Source: Azolla caroliniana
Taxonomy: Eukaryota; Plantae; Polypodiophyta
Reading direction: 5' to 3'
Assembly (NCBI GenBank): GCA_043228905.1
Contig: JBHGNT010000003.1
Span: 25,048,001 to 25,112,000 of the forward strand
DNA: 64,000 nucleotides
Part shown: in pieces, positions 12,962 through 25,500 of the stretch
Position numbering within the stretch: the stretch's first letter is position 1
Layout of the letters: each line of letters opens with the position of its first letter
Translations under genes and position numbers: made by a program
The notes under the pieces: generated by a model
What the model was told of the DNA's origin: nothing
The model's database searches: none
The model's input: only the letters and a program-made list of their open reading frames with translations

Positions 12962-13324
12962 TGTAAAGTGAAAAGCAATCTTGAGAGAAGAAGATCGACT
13001 CTAGCCGATGCCCCACGGTACAATCCTAGATTAGGCTACATTGCATTTTAAAGTAGTGACATGTAGAATCCAGATGCCGAATGATCCTTTACAAGGAAGG
13101 CTTTGATGGCATTGTTTCAAACTTACAAGGTTTCATAGCATTCCTGAGGCTCAAACTGAAGCACACGAAACATCTGAGATATCCTCTTTATATAATAAAG
13201 CAATACATTTGGGGTACTTTTTGTTGGAGGAGGAGAACCTTCTTTACAAACACAACACACACAGACACACGTGTTTACACACAACTACTACAAAAATTCT
13301 TACACGTGTGAATGTACCCTTACA
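12962..13324 (-). mobile_element. Probable LTR remnant (3' LTR preceded by a purine-rich tract)
   Basis: On the - strand it begins TGTAAGGG and ends CACTTTACA (TGTAA/TTACA termini), has an internal TATATAAAGAGG and is preceded by purine-rich AAAAAGAAAGGATTTGG. No TSD found. Confidence 0.4.
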
Positions 13325-13513
13325 CCAAATCCTTTCTTTTTGTCCACTAGTACTTCTTTTTCCTCTGATTGTTTTGTTTTGTTTTTTTTTTATTTAACTT
13401 GGATTGCGTAGGTCAAAAGTGGATAAATAAACAATAAATATTCAATAACAACAATAAATCATAAATAATAAATAAGTGTATACATTAACTAAAGCATGTT
13501 GAATAGTTGTGCA

Positions 13514-13516
<3 letters not shown>

Positions 13517-13560
<44 letters not shown>

Positions 13561-13582
13561 TTGTGATTGTGATTGTGATTGT
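13517..13582. repeat. (TG)n microsatellite followed by (TTGTGA)n
   Basis: Directly visible. Confidence 0.95.
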
Positions 13583-15907
13583 GCCCATATAACTAAATCC
13601 ATGGGCTTTGGAAATTCTACAACCACAACCACACGACTTTGTAAAGCCACTCTTTCTCTGTATAGTTGTGCACAACAAAGTTGACCGACAAGAGAAGACG
13701 ATGCCTGAACGCCATGCTCCAAAGAGTAAAACGAAGTTAAAATTATGGAATCACGTGGAAACTCTCAAGAATTTGTAAGGAATGAATGGTCACAAGTGGT
13801 TATAGACCATCACGGTTTCTAGTATAAGCTCAAGTACGAAGCTGCAAAATAATGATTTATAGATTTCAAGTAAATCAATACCGGAAACAAGAATCTAAAA
13901 TGCCCACAAAGTGTTCTGAAATGAGGGATAACAAGTCCTTGTGTTTGGCACTATCTCTCCAATGGAGGGTTGTCTATTGTTCTAAGAAACAAGTTTTGAA
14001 TTTATTGTAAAGCATTGGTTTCATTATTAAAACAAATGAGCTTAGGACAGTTGGTTCATTGTTATAACTTGTTCCATCTTTATAAATTATTGCTAAATGC
14101 ATTATCTTCGTGTTATGGGTTTCAAATGTTAATGTGAGCCACATAGCGCATTACAATATGCTTCAAACATAATACCTTGCTATTTTAATGTTAGATGTCC
14201 TTATGTAGGCTATGTATAGGATTAAATATATCATGTCCATTTATGATTTATTTCACTTCACCTAAGCTAACCATATATGTTAACAATGCTATTGTTTCCT
14301 CTCCTTGTGTTGGTAAACCTACTTTCTAGCAACAAATTATTAGTGTGAATTGAGTTCAAACTAAAAGAACACGTTTCATGTTAACACATTATGTGAAAGC
14401 ATTGCCTTTATTGTTGCAAACATGTTTAGCCTAACAAATTTACCAAACTTATTAAAATTATTTATCCTCTCGAATGCCCAACTTGTCAATCGGTCACGTC
14501 TGAAGGAAATATAGGTTCTATTAGAACAATTACAAGGCTGATTAATCCATTTTCTTTTTTTATCAAACATTGATGAATTTGCCCATCCTCTTCTCTTTTG
14601 GGGTTAGCAAAGGGCATATCGGGAAACAAAGAAAAACTCATAAGGTATTTTAAAGCTATTCCCAAGCATCCACAAACAATTTGAAACTTTATTCTCTGAC
14701 TCACTATTGTTGACATTGTATATCTATGTATATCCCTCTATCAATCACTCTCATTTGCTAACATTCAATCCGTCATTCCTTAGAATATGCACACTTGTGT
14801 AGTACTGAATTTGGCATTCATGACTTTGGTTTTGATTTCTCTTGACATTATGCATAGTTTGAGGTTGAAATATGAAGCATTAGACCACTACATTTATTGA
14901 ACTTCCCGATTGTGTCATAATGCTCAATATTTTATTATTCCTTTATGTCGTTGTGTTGCTAAACATGTGTATTAAATAAGCATCTCTAATCAAAATGATG
15001 GCACACATGATTGAACACAACATCAATTTCCATGTAACAATGAAACCCTTTAAAATAGCACAACTAAAGCAAAGCTTAATTCTCATTTCCTGATTTGTTT
15101 GATTTACAAAATCCATGTTGGATAGTTAGTTCTTGATCTCCTTAAAAACACACACTAAGTTCAAAATGCAAACCAAGTTCCTTATATACATAGTTCAGAT
15201 GTAATAATATATCAAAAGAAATTTTAAAAATAATATCATAATAGACGAATTCAATGCTAATCTGAAATTGTACTCCAAAAGAATTGGCAACAAAGAATAG
15301 AGAATTAGAAATAAAAACCAATACAGAAAATGCTCCAAACATTATTGTTACACTTACTCTTAGGGACATTAGATGACCCCATATAGATTTCTTCAATTTC
15401 TCATTCTAGAGATTACCTCACTAATTTCTATTATGTGAATATGAGAACTCAACCCTTTCTTTGCAGCGTTATGGTCTCAAGCATAGAAAATTGGGTTTGA
15501 TGTTGCATTCACTATAAGAAAATAGTTCTAGTTTAATATTGCTTGCTAGCAGATTTCTTCTTGCAAAATAGCTTTAAACCATCAACATTGCCTATTATTC
15601 CTTTGATGTATGATAACATTTCCTTTTAAGAGTCAATGCTAATCAAGAGTAGCAATTCATGCCAAGTTGTTATAACCAAGAGTAGAAATGCATGCCAATT
15701 TGATTTTGAAAATTCAAAATTATGTCATTTACAGTTGTTAGAAGTTCTTTTAGGTATATGAATTTCAACCCGATTCCCAATCCTAAATAGTTGTCTTTCT
15801 CACGTTCAACATTGTATTTGCCTTCCAATTTTAAAGCTCTGTTACATCCACTGACATTAATAACACCCTCTCAAGATATGAGAAGCTTCTTTATAAGGCA
15901 ATCCCGA

Positions 15908-16263
15908 CTATTTCCTTAACATAGGCTAAAGTACATCACCACAAACTCAAAATCTCATTTGGCACAGCCCAACAATGAGATGTATAATGCACAATATATA
16001 TATATATATGAAACAATGAGATTTCCAATCAAATGATCAGCTGAATATTACAAAATGTGACACCTACATCTAGGAATCAAAACTATTTCCTTAACATAGG
16101 CTAAAGGACATCACCACAAACTCAAAATCTCATTTGACACAGCCCAACAATGAGATGTATAATGCACAATATATATATATATATAAGCAACAATGAGATT
16201 TCCAATCAAATGATCAGCTGAATATTAGAAAATGTGACACAGACCTACATCTAGGAATCAAAA
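15908..16263. repeat. Tandem duplication of ~175 bp downstream of the UPM1 stop codon
   Basis: ctatttccttaacataggctaaag...ctacatctaggaatcaaaa occurs at ~15908-16082 and ~16083-16263, nearly identical. Confidence 0.93.
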
Positions 16264-16703
16264 CGTACCATCTTCAATCATAATCAGCCGATATGTTTTT
16301 CCCTTCCCTTATTATTACTTTTATTTGCTTTTTCCAGCAAAAATGTGTCGTAAAAAATGAGTCTCATACAATTTAAGACTATCCAATAGTTCAAACAAGA
16401 ATCAGAATGAGGGTCCTTGGCATTCCCATGGGTGTGCATAAACACCACTGTATTAAGTGGCCTCAATGGACACATATATAGACGATCGGAGTATACAAAC
16501 TTCTATAAAGAAGTCAAAGTGGCATATGAGGTAGAGTGGATATTTCTATTAAGACAAAAGTGGATATTTCTATAAAAACCCTGTCAAGAGAGCATGCAAG
16601 CCAACAACAGCATTGATATTTATGCTTTGAGGGTTTTAACTTTCAATACTTTTGGATTTATGACCTTAGCAGTATAGGGTTTACGGTGTAATCCTAACAT
16701 AAA

Positions 16704-19700
16704 TCACAACATTTTAGAGTAACCTGGAGCAACCGGATTTTCATGTTCTCCCATGGCCACATGCATCCATGAGGGTGAGAGAGCGACCACATGGCCGATA
16801 AAGATGAGGGTGGGCGACACAAGTTCAGCCTCGTTAACCTTATCTGGAAGATGTCGCAATTCCGCAAATACCTGCATCAATGATAAGATGTTTAAAAAGG
16901 AAGACAAATAGATTGCAGGAATGTCACAGACTTGCGAATGTCTTCTTTTCTCTCTTGATTTTGTTGTTGGAGAAGGAGAATTTTAACCTTGAAAATGGGA
17001 TTTGAAATACCCACCTATGGCTTTACGGTTGCCATATATAAATAGGATTCCCAACTAGAAGGGGGGAGAAATTGAAACAAAAGAAACTTATAAAGTGTAT
17101 TGAGCCAAATATTACCGTCCGTTGATATACAGTGGTTCCCCTTTCTATTGCTGCAGCCGGCGTGTCAGCAGGAAGACCATTGCTTATGAGTTTGGCAGCT
17201 AGGCTTGGAAGAGTGGATAAGCCCATGTATACAACAAGGGTCGAGTCTGGATCAACTGCTTGCTCCGCAATGAAAAGTGGGTCCACGCTGCCTTTCCTCG
17301 AATGCCCCGTAAGAAACTGGACACTGCAAATAGAAAACTATTATTTAGTATGATTTTACTTGTTTATTTACATTTACATAAGTAAAAGGTCACATTGGAT
17401 TCCAATAAGTTTCTTTCCTTTATATATACGTGTATATAAACACATGTATATGTATATGGATTCCAATAAGTTTCCTTCCTTTATATATATGTATATATAT
17501 ACATACATATACATGTTGTATACAGATAGATGTATGTATATGGTATGTGTATTGTTTGTTTCAAATTGATGTAAGATGGGAGTATTGATTATGGGTTTGG
17601 TCCTTGTAAGTTCCAACCTATTGGCGATGCCTCTGTGTGTTAATGGAATTCCGAGCTCCGCAGCAATACCGGAAGCAGCAGTTATTCCTAGTCCAAAATA
17701 TATATAAAGACAATATATAAAAACATGAAAGTTAATATAAAGATCCAAAAAATAATTCTTAACAAATGCCCACAAAAAATGAAGCTGAAAACAAACTATG
17801 GACAAAAATAAAGTCGAAATCAAAATACTGAATAAAATATGTCAGAAAACAATATATCCACAAAAATAACACCCTTGGGAAAAAGAGCCTAAAAACAAAT
17901 ACTCAACAAAAAAATCAAAAAGAAATTTGAGAAGTGTAAAATAAATAGAGGAAGAGGATGAAGATGAAGAATACCCGGTACAACTCTCACTTGAATGCCT
18001 TTCTGTTGCAAGAAATCCATTTCCTCTCCACCTCGTCCAAACACCTGAACAGAGTAGAATGGCAAAAGATCATGAATATCATTTCCTCTTCCATATGAAG
18101 AACATGCCCTTCAATCATGCAAAACTAATTAAACTAATTTTTTATTAATGACCACTCAAAAAGAAATTGATTGACTATAGGATTATTATTTACCACCAAT
18201 TAAGATTATATGAGTAATCTTAACTCTCAGCCCTTGGTCCCGTATCGAGATAACAGCCATCCATATTGAGGATGGAACAAATCCATCCACATGCAAACTA
18301 GCATATCTCTCAAGCCTTGTAGCCGATTCCTAAATAAGGTTATGAAGTACAATTCAAAATGGAAAAGGAAACCCTACCCGCAGTTGCAAGCATTGTTACA
18401 CTGCTACAATGGTAGCAATGTAACATGAGTTTGCACATATCTCAGATTTCATTCAAAAAAAGAAAAATCCTAATGGTATCTCAGAATATTAATTTGGCTC
18501 CATATGTGGTGGTACTGCATCCTGAAAGGCTGAGCTAAGTTGATCTGGACAGGAGACAACCGCAAGCCTAGTATTTGAAGTATTAAAAGCAGGAAAGTAG
18601 GATTGCTTCCTGCGTTCACAATATGGGACAGTTTGAGGAATGGCGAATCTGGACTATGTATGGGCAAAGCCATTCACATTTTAATAATCCTCTCTCTAGC
18701 CTTACCAATAAGCCTTCTTAATTAGAATTCCTACGTTTGAACATAACATTGCTCATTCTATACCCTATCCTTAAAAGATAGATAGAGCAGCTTATGATGT
18801 CGCACAGTATAAGGAGTGTTCATGAGTCCAACATGAAGTTTAAATTTAAGTCATTTAAATAGTGACCCTGGTTCATAGCTATAGCTCTCATATGCAAAAA
18901 GAGATACTAAGAGATAATCCTTTTAAGGAGCATACCAACGGATCTCCACCTTTCAGCCGAAGAACAATGGCCCCTGCTTCAGCAAAGCTCAGCAGCAGTT
19001 GATGGATTTCGTCCTGAAGACCAATTAGCTATTCATCATTGAGTGTATATTGCAGAATTCTTTTTAATAACCAAATTGAAAAATGACAACAAAACATGGC
19101 AGTAAAAGAAAATTCAAATTATAACAAAGCACGGTGCTAAAGAAAATTTCCATTAAGAATCTAGTACTACTATCAAGAGAAACATTGATATAGATACTAT
19201 GCCATAGTCAATATTAGGCAGGATAGAAACTTGACAATTTTCATCCTGAAGATTAACAAACTCTCATCATAGAGAATCTATGGCTGAATTTCTTGGTACA
19301 AAAATAGAAATAGATAATTACACAAAGCATGATAGAATCAACAAAGTTTCAAGTAGATTCGTCAGTAAGAAGCTATCGCTCAATTTCTTTTTGAGTGCTG
19401 CGATTTAAGAAAAAAAACATAGTAGAGACTAGACATAAAAGGACTATTATTATGAGCATGATCAACAGCTAGCTACCTGAGTGCGGCTGTGATAGCCAGC
19501 CGTTTTACCCACATAAAGAAGGCGGGCCCCAGAGTGAACAAGGTCCAAAATCTCTGTGGAAACAAGACGATCATACAAGACCAAATCCGCTGTTTGCATA
19601 AGCTTTAATGCTTTCACAGTAAGAAGGTCAGGATCCCCTGGTCCCGTTCCAACCAAAAATACATTTCCAAGGCCACGACTATTGACCTCCGCATCATGGT

Positions 19701-20757
19701 GTCTTCGTACTTTAGAGAGGAGGCCAAGAAGTTCCTGAAGCTCAGGTAGACGACTAGCTATATCATGTTCTTTCTCGTTGAGATGAGGGTCAGTATCTTT
19801 AGGATTGTTCACGTGAATTTGGTCTGTTTCCATCAGAAATACATCGAAAATGAGAAATCTCAATTATGGGTAGAAACAAGAAAAACAAGCATCTGATTTC
19901 TCTAAGGATCAGAGAAAAATAGATAGATCAACTGATTTAATTTACTGGTGAAAGGCAAGAAAGACAAAACTGCATATTTTTTCACAGATTCTTCATGCAT
20001 TTCATCCACTTTGCAAACACTCTATATGATGGGTTCACTTGTTCTCTATATGATCTATTCAGCTTTGTGGGCTCTCTAGGGTCAAAATGAGCACCTAAGC
20101 CGACAAAGCATTAGCATGTTCAACGTTCGGCTTCTACATTGACTCTATACATGGCTCTACCTCTATATTTCTGCCATTTTTTTCCAACAGATACTATGAT
20201 AATGTAGCTCTTCTTCGGGATTTCATCCTTAAACCATCTATGCAAGTTATATCCTAAATGATGCTTTGTCTCTAGCTCTGCATTTATTTCCTTTAAAATT
20301 TCATCCAAAAATGATCATCAAACAAATAAAGTGACAACTCGAGAGCCCCATCGATCTGTATTTGACATATACCATACAAAAAACACGCCAAAACAGAGGG
20401 AAACACTTAAAGCCATAAACTGAAGCGCTGTATGAAATCCTAAAACCTAATAAACACCAAAATAAGCAATGGAGATCATTCAAGCTAACTTCAAAGAAAA
20501 GGAAATGGCTTACCTCTCTCACAAGACGAAGGAGGAGGAGGAGGAGGAGGAGAATAGATTAGACCAGGAAGGGAATGTTGAAGCTTTCCACGGCCACAGA
20601 GAGGTTTATCAGAGTGACGCTCGGTGAAAGGAGAAGCAAACCCTCCTTTGGATACCGATAAAGAAGAAGAAGAAGAAGAAGTCGATGACGATGAAGAGGC
20701 GAAGAAGAGCTGATGAGGAGGAGGAAGAAGGCCTGGCAATGAAGCAGCGATCGCCAT
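16704..20757 (-). CDS. UPM1: Uroporphyrinogen-III C-methyltransferase (siroheme biosynthesis), plastid-targeted, about 394 aa, 7 exons
   Basis: Exons 20757-20514, 19823-19477, 19013-18936, 18044-17975, 17687-17618, 17323-17116 and 16871-16704 (1185 nt, GT-AG). Motifs: [66 protein letters not shown]. The Ser-rich N-terminus resembles a transit peptide. Confidence 0.96.
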
Positions 20758-20907
20758 AGCTGAATGAATTAGAGGGATGATGGGCAATCATGAAGGCACA
20801 GGTTTCTTGTACTCTAAATCAATGGGTCAACATGCGCGACCTTTCGATCTCTGGAGAGCTCCAAAACTCCATCGTCACATCACACCCAAAAAGAGTAAGA
20901 ATCAGAG

Positions 20908-21084
20908 ACCACACACACACACACACACTCTCTCTCTCTCTCTCTCTCTCTCTAATTGGGCTCTGTTCTCTCTCTCTCTCTCTACTTCGGATCTGTTCTC
21001 TTTCTCTCTCTCTAGTTGGGCTCTGTTCTCTTTCTCTCTCTCTAGTTGGGCTCTGTTCTCTCTCTCTCTCTAATTCGGCTCTGT

Positions 21085-21143
<59 letters not shown>
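20908..21143. repeat. Microsatellite-based minisatellite: about 5 x ~30 bp (TA[AG]TTGGGCTCTGTTCTC(TC)n) flanked by (AC)n
   Basis: Units start at ~20953, 20982, 21013, 21043 and 21071, immediately upstream of UPM1. Confidence 0.9.
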
Positions 21144-21359
21144 TTGGGCACTATGTATTTGTGAGGGGGGATCCTAGAAACCCTAGAAACCAAGGATATA
21201 CACATTTTTCTCTTCTTTCGTGATCTCGTCGAATCCGCCACATTTCTATACGATGTTTGTGACCTTGGGGTTTCGGCAAATCCTTTGAAACCCTAGAGGT
21301 GTTCGGGAGAAAAACAATGATATCGATCCATTGCATTGCCATTATGTACATATTTAGAT

Positions 21360-21692
21360 GTGTGTGTGTGTGTGTCGGATTTGAGGAGACATGAGGCGCA
21401 CACGTGGGTGTCGGTTCCTTGGGTCAAGAGTTGCAATGTGATTGGCTTAGAAGGTCGGGCATCTCCCTCGTGGCATGTGTGTGTCGGATTTGAGGAGACA
21501 TGAGGCGCACATGTGGGTGTCGGTTCCTTGGGTCAAGAGTTGCAATGTGATTGGCTTAGAAGGCCGGGCATCTCCCTCGTGGCATGTGTGTGTCGGATTT
21601 GAGGAGACATGAGGCCCACATGTGGGTGTTGGTTCCTTGGGTCAAGAGTTGCAATGTGATTGGCTTGGAAGGTCGGGCATCTCCCTCGTGGC
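21360..21692. repeat. Tandem repeat, 3 x 109 bp
   Basis: tcggatttgaggagacatgagg... recurs at 21375, 21484 and 21593 (period 109). Confidence 0.95.
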
Positions 21693-21785
21693 CACCAGAC
21701 CGGTACACTACACATGAGTGGCCGGTTCCCTTGGTGTATTGATTACTACTTATTGTTATGTTAAGTTGTTTCCAATATATACCAT

Positions 21786-22532
21786 TGTTGGTAGACAGGT
21801 CCCTCCGGATGGGAAGGGAGAATAACAGTGCCGACGAACAAACTTGGCCGAGGCCGATAGGCCGAGGCCGAAACGGTATGAACCGGATGGGGAGAACCCG
21901 ACTTCGGAGAGTCGGATGGTGTAGGCCCGATATGAACCGGATGAGGAGTACCCGACTGCGGAGAGTCGGATGGTGTAGGCCCGGTATGAACCGGATGAGG
22001 AGTACCCGACTTCGGAGAGTCGGATGGTGTAGGCCCGGTATGAACCGGATGAGGAGTACCCGACTGCGGAGAGCCGGATGGAGCCCATCGAGGCTACATT
22101 TGTAAATAGCCGAAAAGTCATATTAGTATAAATATGACTTAGGGCAAACTTTTAGAGTTTTTTTTGTGTGTAGTTGTTGTTTTTTGTTGTGATTCTTTGT
22201 TGTTGGTGCAAGAAGAAATCAGAGCACGTAACTGTACAAAGAGAGAGAGAGAGACGAGGTCGTTGCCTCTGTTGTAACCGCCGCCTGTGGCGAAGATCCG
22301 AGAGCACGAGGTCGTTGCCTCAGTGATCTCACTGTTGTATATTTCTACATAGTGACAGTTTGCAGCTTGTGGGCTGCCGTGGTTTTTTCCCCTATTTTGG
22401 GGTTTTCCACGTATACCTCCTGTGTACCATTTCTCCTCTTTTGTGTCGCGTTTCATTACCTGTTTTTCTGTGTATGTAAAGAATCTCGGTTGTGGCCGAG
22501 CGTTGGACATAAGGAACGTCAAGTTCTCAACA
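21786..22532 (+). mobile_element. Solo LTR (Copia-like), 747 bp, with 5-bp TSD ACCAT
   Basis: ACCAT|TGTTG ... CAACA|ACCAT (TSD at 21781-21785 and 22533-22537). TATAAATA at ~22127, and a GTGGTTTTTTCCC...GGGTTTTCCACG motif of the kind common in Copia LTRs. Confidence 0.88.
21875..22082. repeat. 54-bp tandem repeat (about 3.7 copies) inside the solo LTR
   Basis: atgaaccggatg at 21878, 21932, 21986 and 22040; each unit holds a hairpin CCGACT-n6-AGTCGG. Confidence 0.95.
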
Positions 22533-25500
22533 ACCATTATGCTCGTTTCTGGGTCAAGTTGCAATGTGATTGACTTGGAATGTCGGGCACCTCCTTCATG
22601 GCTACCGGACTGACACACTAGGCGTGAGCGGTCGGTTCCTTTGTTGTATTACTACTTATTGTTATGTTAAGTGGTTTCCTACCATGCTCATTTCTAGGCT
22701 AGATCCCATCACATCTCTCATTCATTGCATAGTTGGTCACCTATGTCGACTTTTAAAAGATATTTGTCTTGTTGTGTATCATCTATCTAGGAACATGGAC
22801 TCCACAAAGTGCTCACCCTAAAAAGATTATCCATATCACACTGAGTGGGAAGAGTTGGCATTACCCTCCATATATGGGATAGTTTCCCAACAATAAACCT
22901 TTTGCTCGCTTATGTACATCTTTAAGATGGACACATAATTATACGAGAATGATGAAGATGAATTAAAACATCGAGATTATATTCTTATGAACACTCATCG
23001 TGTATAGTCCAACCACACAATCACTTAATGTGGCTATGTTATGGATCAATATTTGCACCACTTCATTGACTTACCACAACCATCCAAATAAGAAAACTCG
23101 GTCACAATGTTGTGTCAAGGGCGGAAAGCATGCTTCGTATACGGAGAGGGCATTTTCATTACTTTCAATGCTTCATTAAGGCCGACATGCATTATTCATG
23201 TATGGAGGGGACTTGCGAATTGCTATATTTTCATGAGTATACAAGTATAGAGGCATGCATATACCATCACAACTTACAAGTATGTATTGGCGTAATTACA
23301 TATCACTCCCTTTTATGGGAATGATATTGAGGAAGGACATTTCATCTCTAGTTTGTATCGTATAGTTTGTTTTAAACATGAATTACCAATAACAATGGAC
23401 TTATTATATTACCACGTATAAATATTCAAATATCATTAAGCATGTGATCATATAACAATTGCTTGTAACATATATTTTAAAATATAGTCATTAACGACCT
23501 ATATTTTTTAAGCCATTTATCTATGTTACTTCTCATTTTCTATTGTATAATAAGTATCTGTTAACATATATGTTATGGAGTGGTCTCCTTAGTTTTCAGA
23601 TAATTAGCTTTGGTCTGGAGTGACATTGTCGACAGTGGGGGTTATGCTAGTCTTGGATTTTGTATTACAAGGGTCTTGTTTGATCTCCAAAAAGTGACTC
23701 ATAGCTAGGGCCAATCCTCCCAATCCATCACTCTTTCGCCCATTACTTCGTTGCGTTCGTCTCTTCTACACATAAGAAATTAGCCACCGGTTCATTAAAA
23801 AACATAAATGTTAAGATCTTGTTTTATAGACATTTGATTACATTGTTAACAATGCATTGTGTGAGACACCAAAATGTGAAAATGTTTGCTTCTCACATAT
23901 AATGTAAGGCACTTCAAGAAAGCCCATGAGAAGTGGGCCTAGTATTAGAACTTTTATCTTTGAGACACAAACTTGGTTTTACAAATCCTTTCTACAAAAC
24001 AAGGCTAGAAAATGGCACGCCATGTTAATAATAAGTCATTCTTCTTACTAAAATAAAAGGGAACAATTTGCAAGCCTCAAAGTTGAGACTAGTTAATGTT
24101 GAGTTTGTGGAAGATGAGGGACAAATAATTAAACAAATAACTAGAGCAAGCAATGCACTAATTGAGGAAAGAAGCCAAACGAGAGGGAATAGGGAGGGAC
24201 ATAAAACACAATTTTGGAAGACCAGGTGTTATTTGTCGGCCTCAACCCTCGAGCAATAGGATGCCAAATTTTGATATCCTAGAGAGAGAGAGAGAGAGAG
24301 AGAGAAAGTGTCAACTACATCTAGAGAGAGGATACATATTGTTAACGAAGAATCTATACCAGTTTTTCAATATCATATGTGCAACAACGAGATGCATTAA
24401 TGGTGAAAAAAACATTGTAAATATGTGCAAGGAGATTTTATTTCCTTTTTTGTAACAAGATCCATCTTATCAAGATAATGCCATATGTTTTGGGAAACTA
24501 GCTTTGTTTCATTAAAAAATCATGACTTAGTTGTAGTATAGGATTTCCAAAATGTTGACACGACAATATCATACAAGAAAAAATCAAGAGAACATGGTAA
24601 ATATCTGTAATCTTAAAAAGTAGATAAACTTAAAAAGAGGAGGGTGAACAAGTTTGTGATTGATTGAGATTGTTCCATGAGATATTCAAACCAGGAGAAT
24701 AAGGAGATAGAAACTTGATTTTTTCATTAGAAATACTTACTAGCAATGTCCTTTGTCATATGCCCAAAAACGGAAAAGTTGGTGGGAGACACTGAAGGTG
24801 AAGGATTTCAATAAAATATTATGCAGGACAAACATATTTCTTTTCAACCCACTTACAAGAAACATCCAAAATTCTTGATAAAAACTAGAGTATCAAGAAC
24901 TAGCTAAATATGCTAGTATTATTTGGGCATTCATTGTATAAGCGTTGACTTTATATGTTACTTTAGGCATGCCACTATTTTAGATATGAACAATTTTAGT
25001 GCTTATAGATTTGTCATTCTAGATGAGTTGCCTCGTCAAAAAGAAAGCTTCATGTAACACTAAAACATGACAATATATATAGTGATAGAGCTCTAAGTTT
25101 GCAACATTACCCACAATGGCTTTAACTTTAAAATTTCATCATACAAATAGTTTGAGATATAATGTGCATAGTATTTTCTTTCTTAAAACATGGCTTTACA
25201 AGTCGTTGTCTATTGTCTTATGACAATGCTAAAATGTTGACACCCCATTGTAATTTTAAATTAGTCTCGAATTACATTGTACATAATTGATAATATATTG
25301 TAATGAACTTAACTTAACAGTGAAAGTTAGCTTACCTTTGTGTCAGTTGATTGTTTAATATGTTTGATCGTTGTTATAGGAGGAGCTTGCTTTCTTTCAG
25401 ACATGAATCTTTCCATTAGTTGGTTGTCCTACAATTGGAAATCAAACAATGAATATTCACAAATATGAATAAAGAAAGGACTCGATTAATCAGATGTTGT

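Noticed and set aside
21360-22082. 109-bp and 54-bp arrays as a CRISPR-like array
   Set aside because: The units are contiguous and nearly identical with no unique spacers, there are no cas genes, and the context is eukaryotic.
21756-22121. Overlapping ORFs on both strands with repeated peptides
   Set aside because: An artefact of a GC-rich 54-bp repeat (a multiple of 3) inside a solo LTR.
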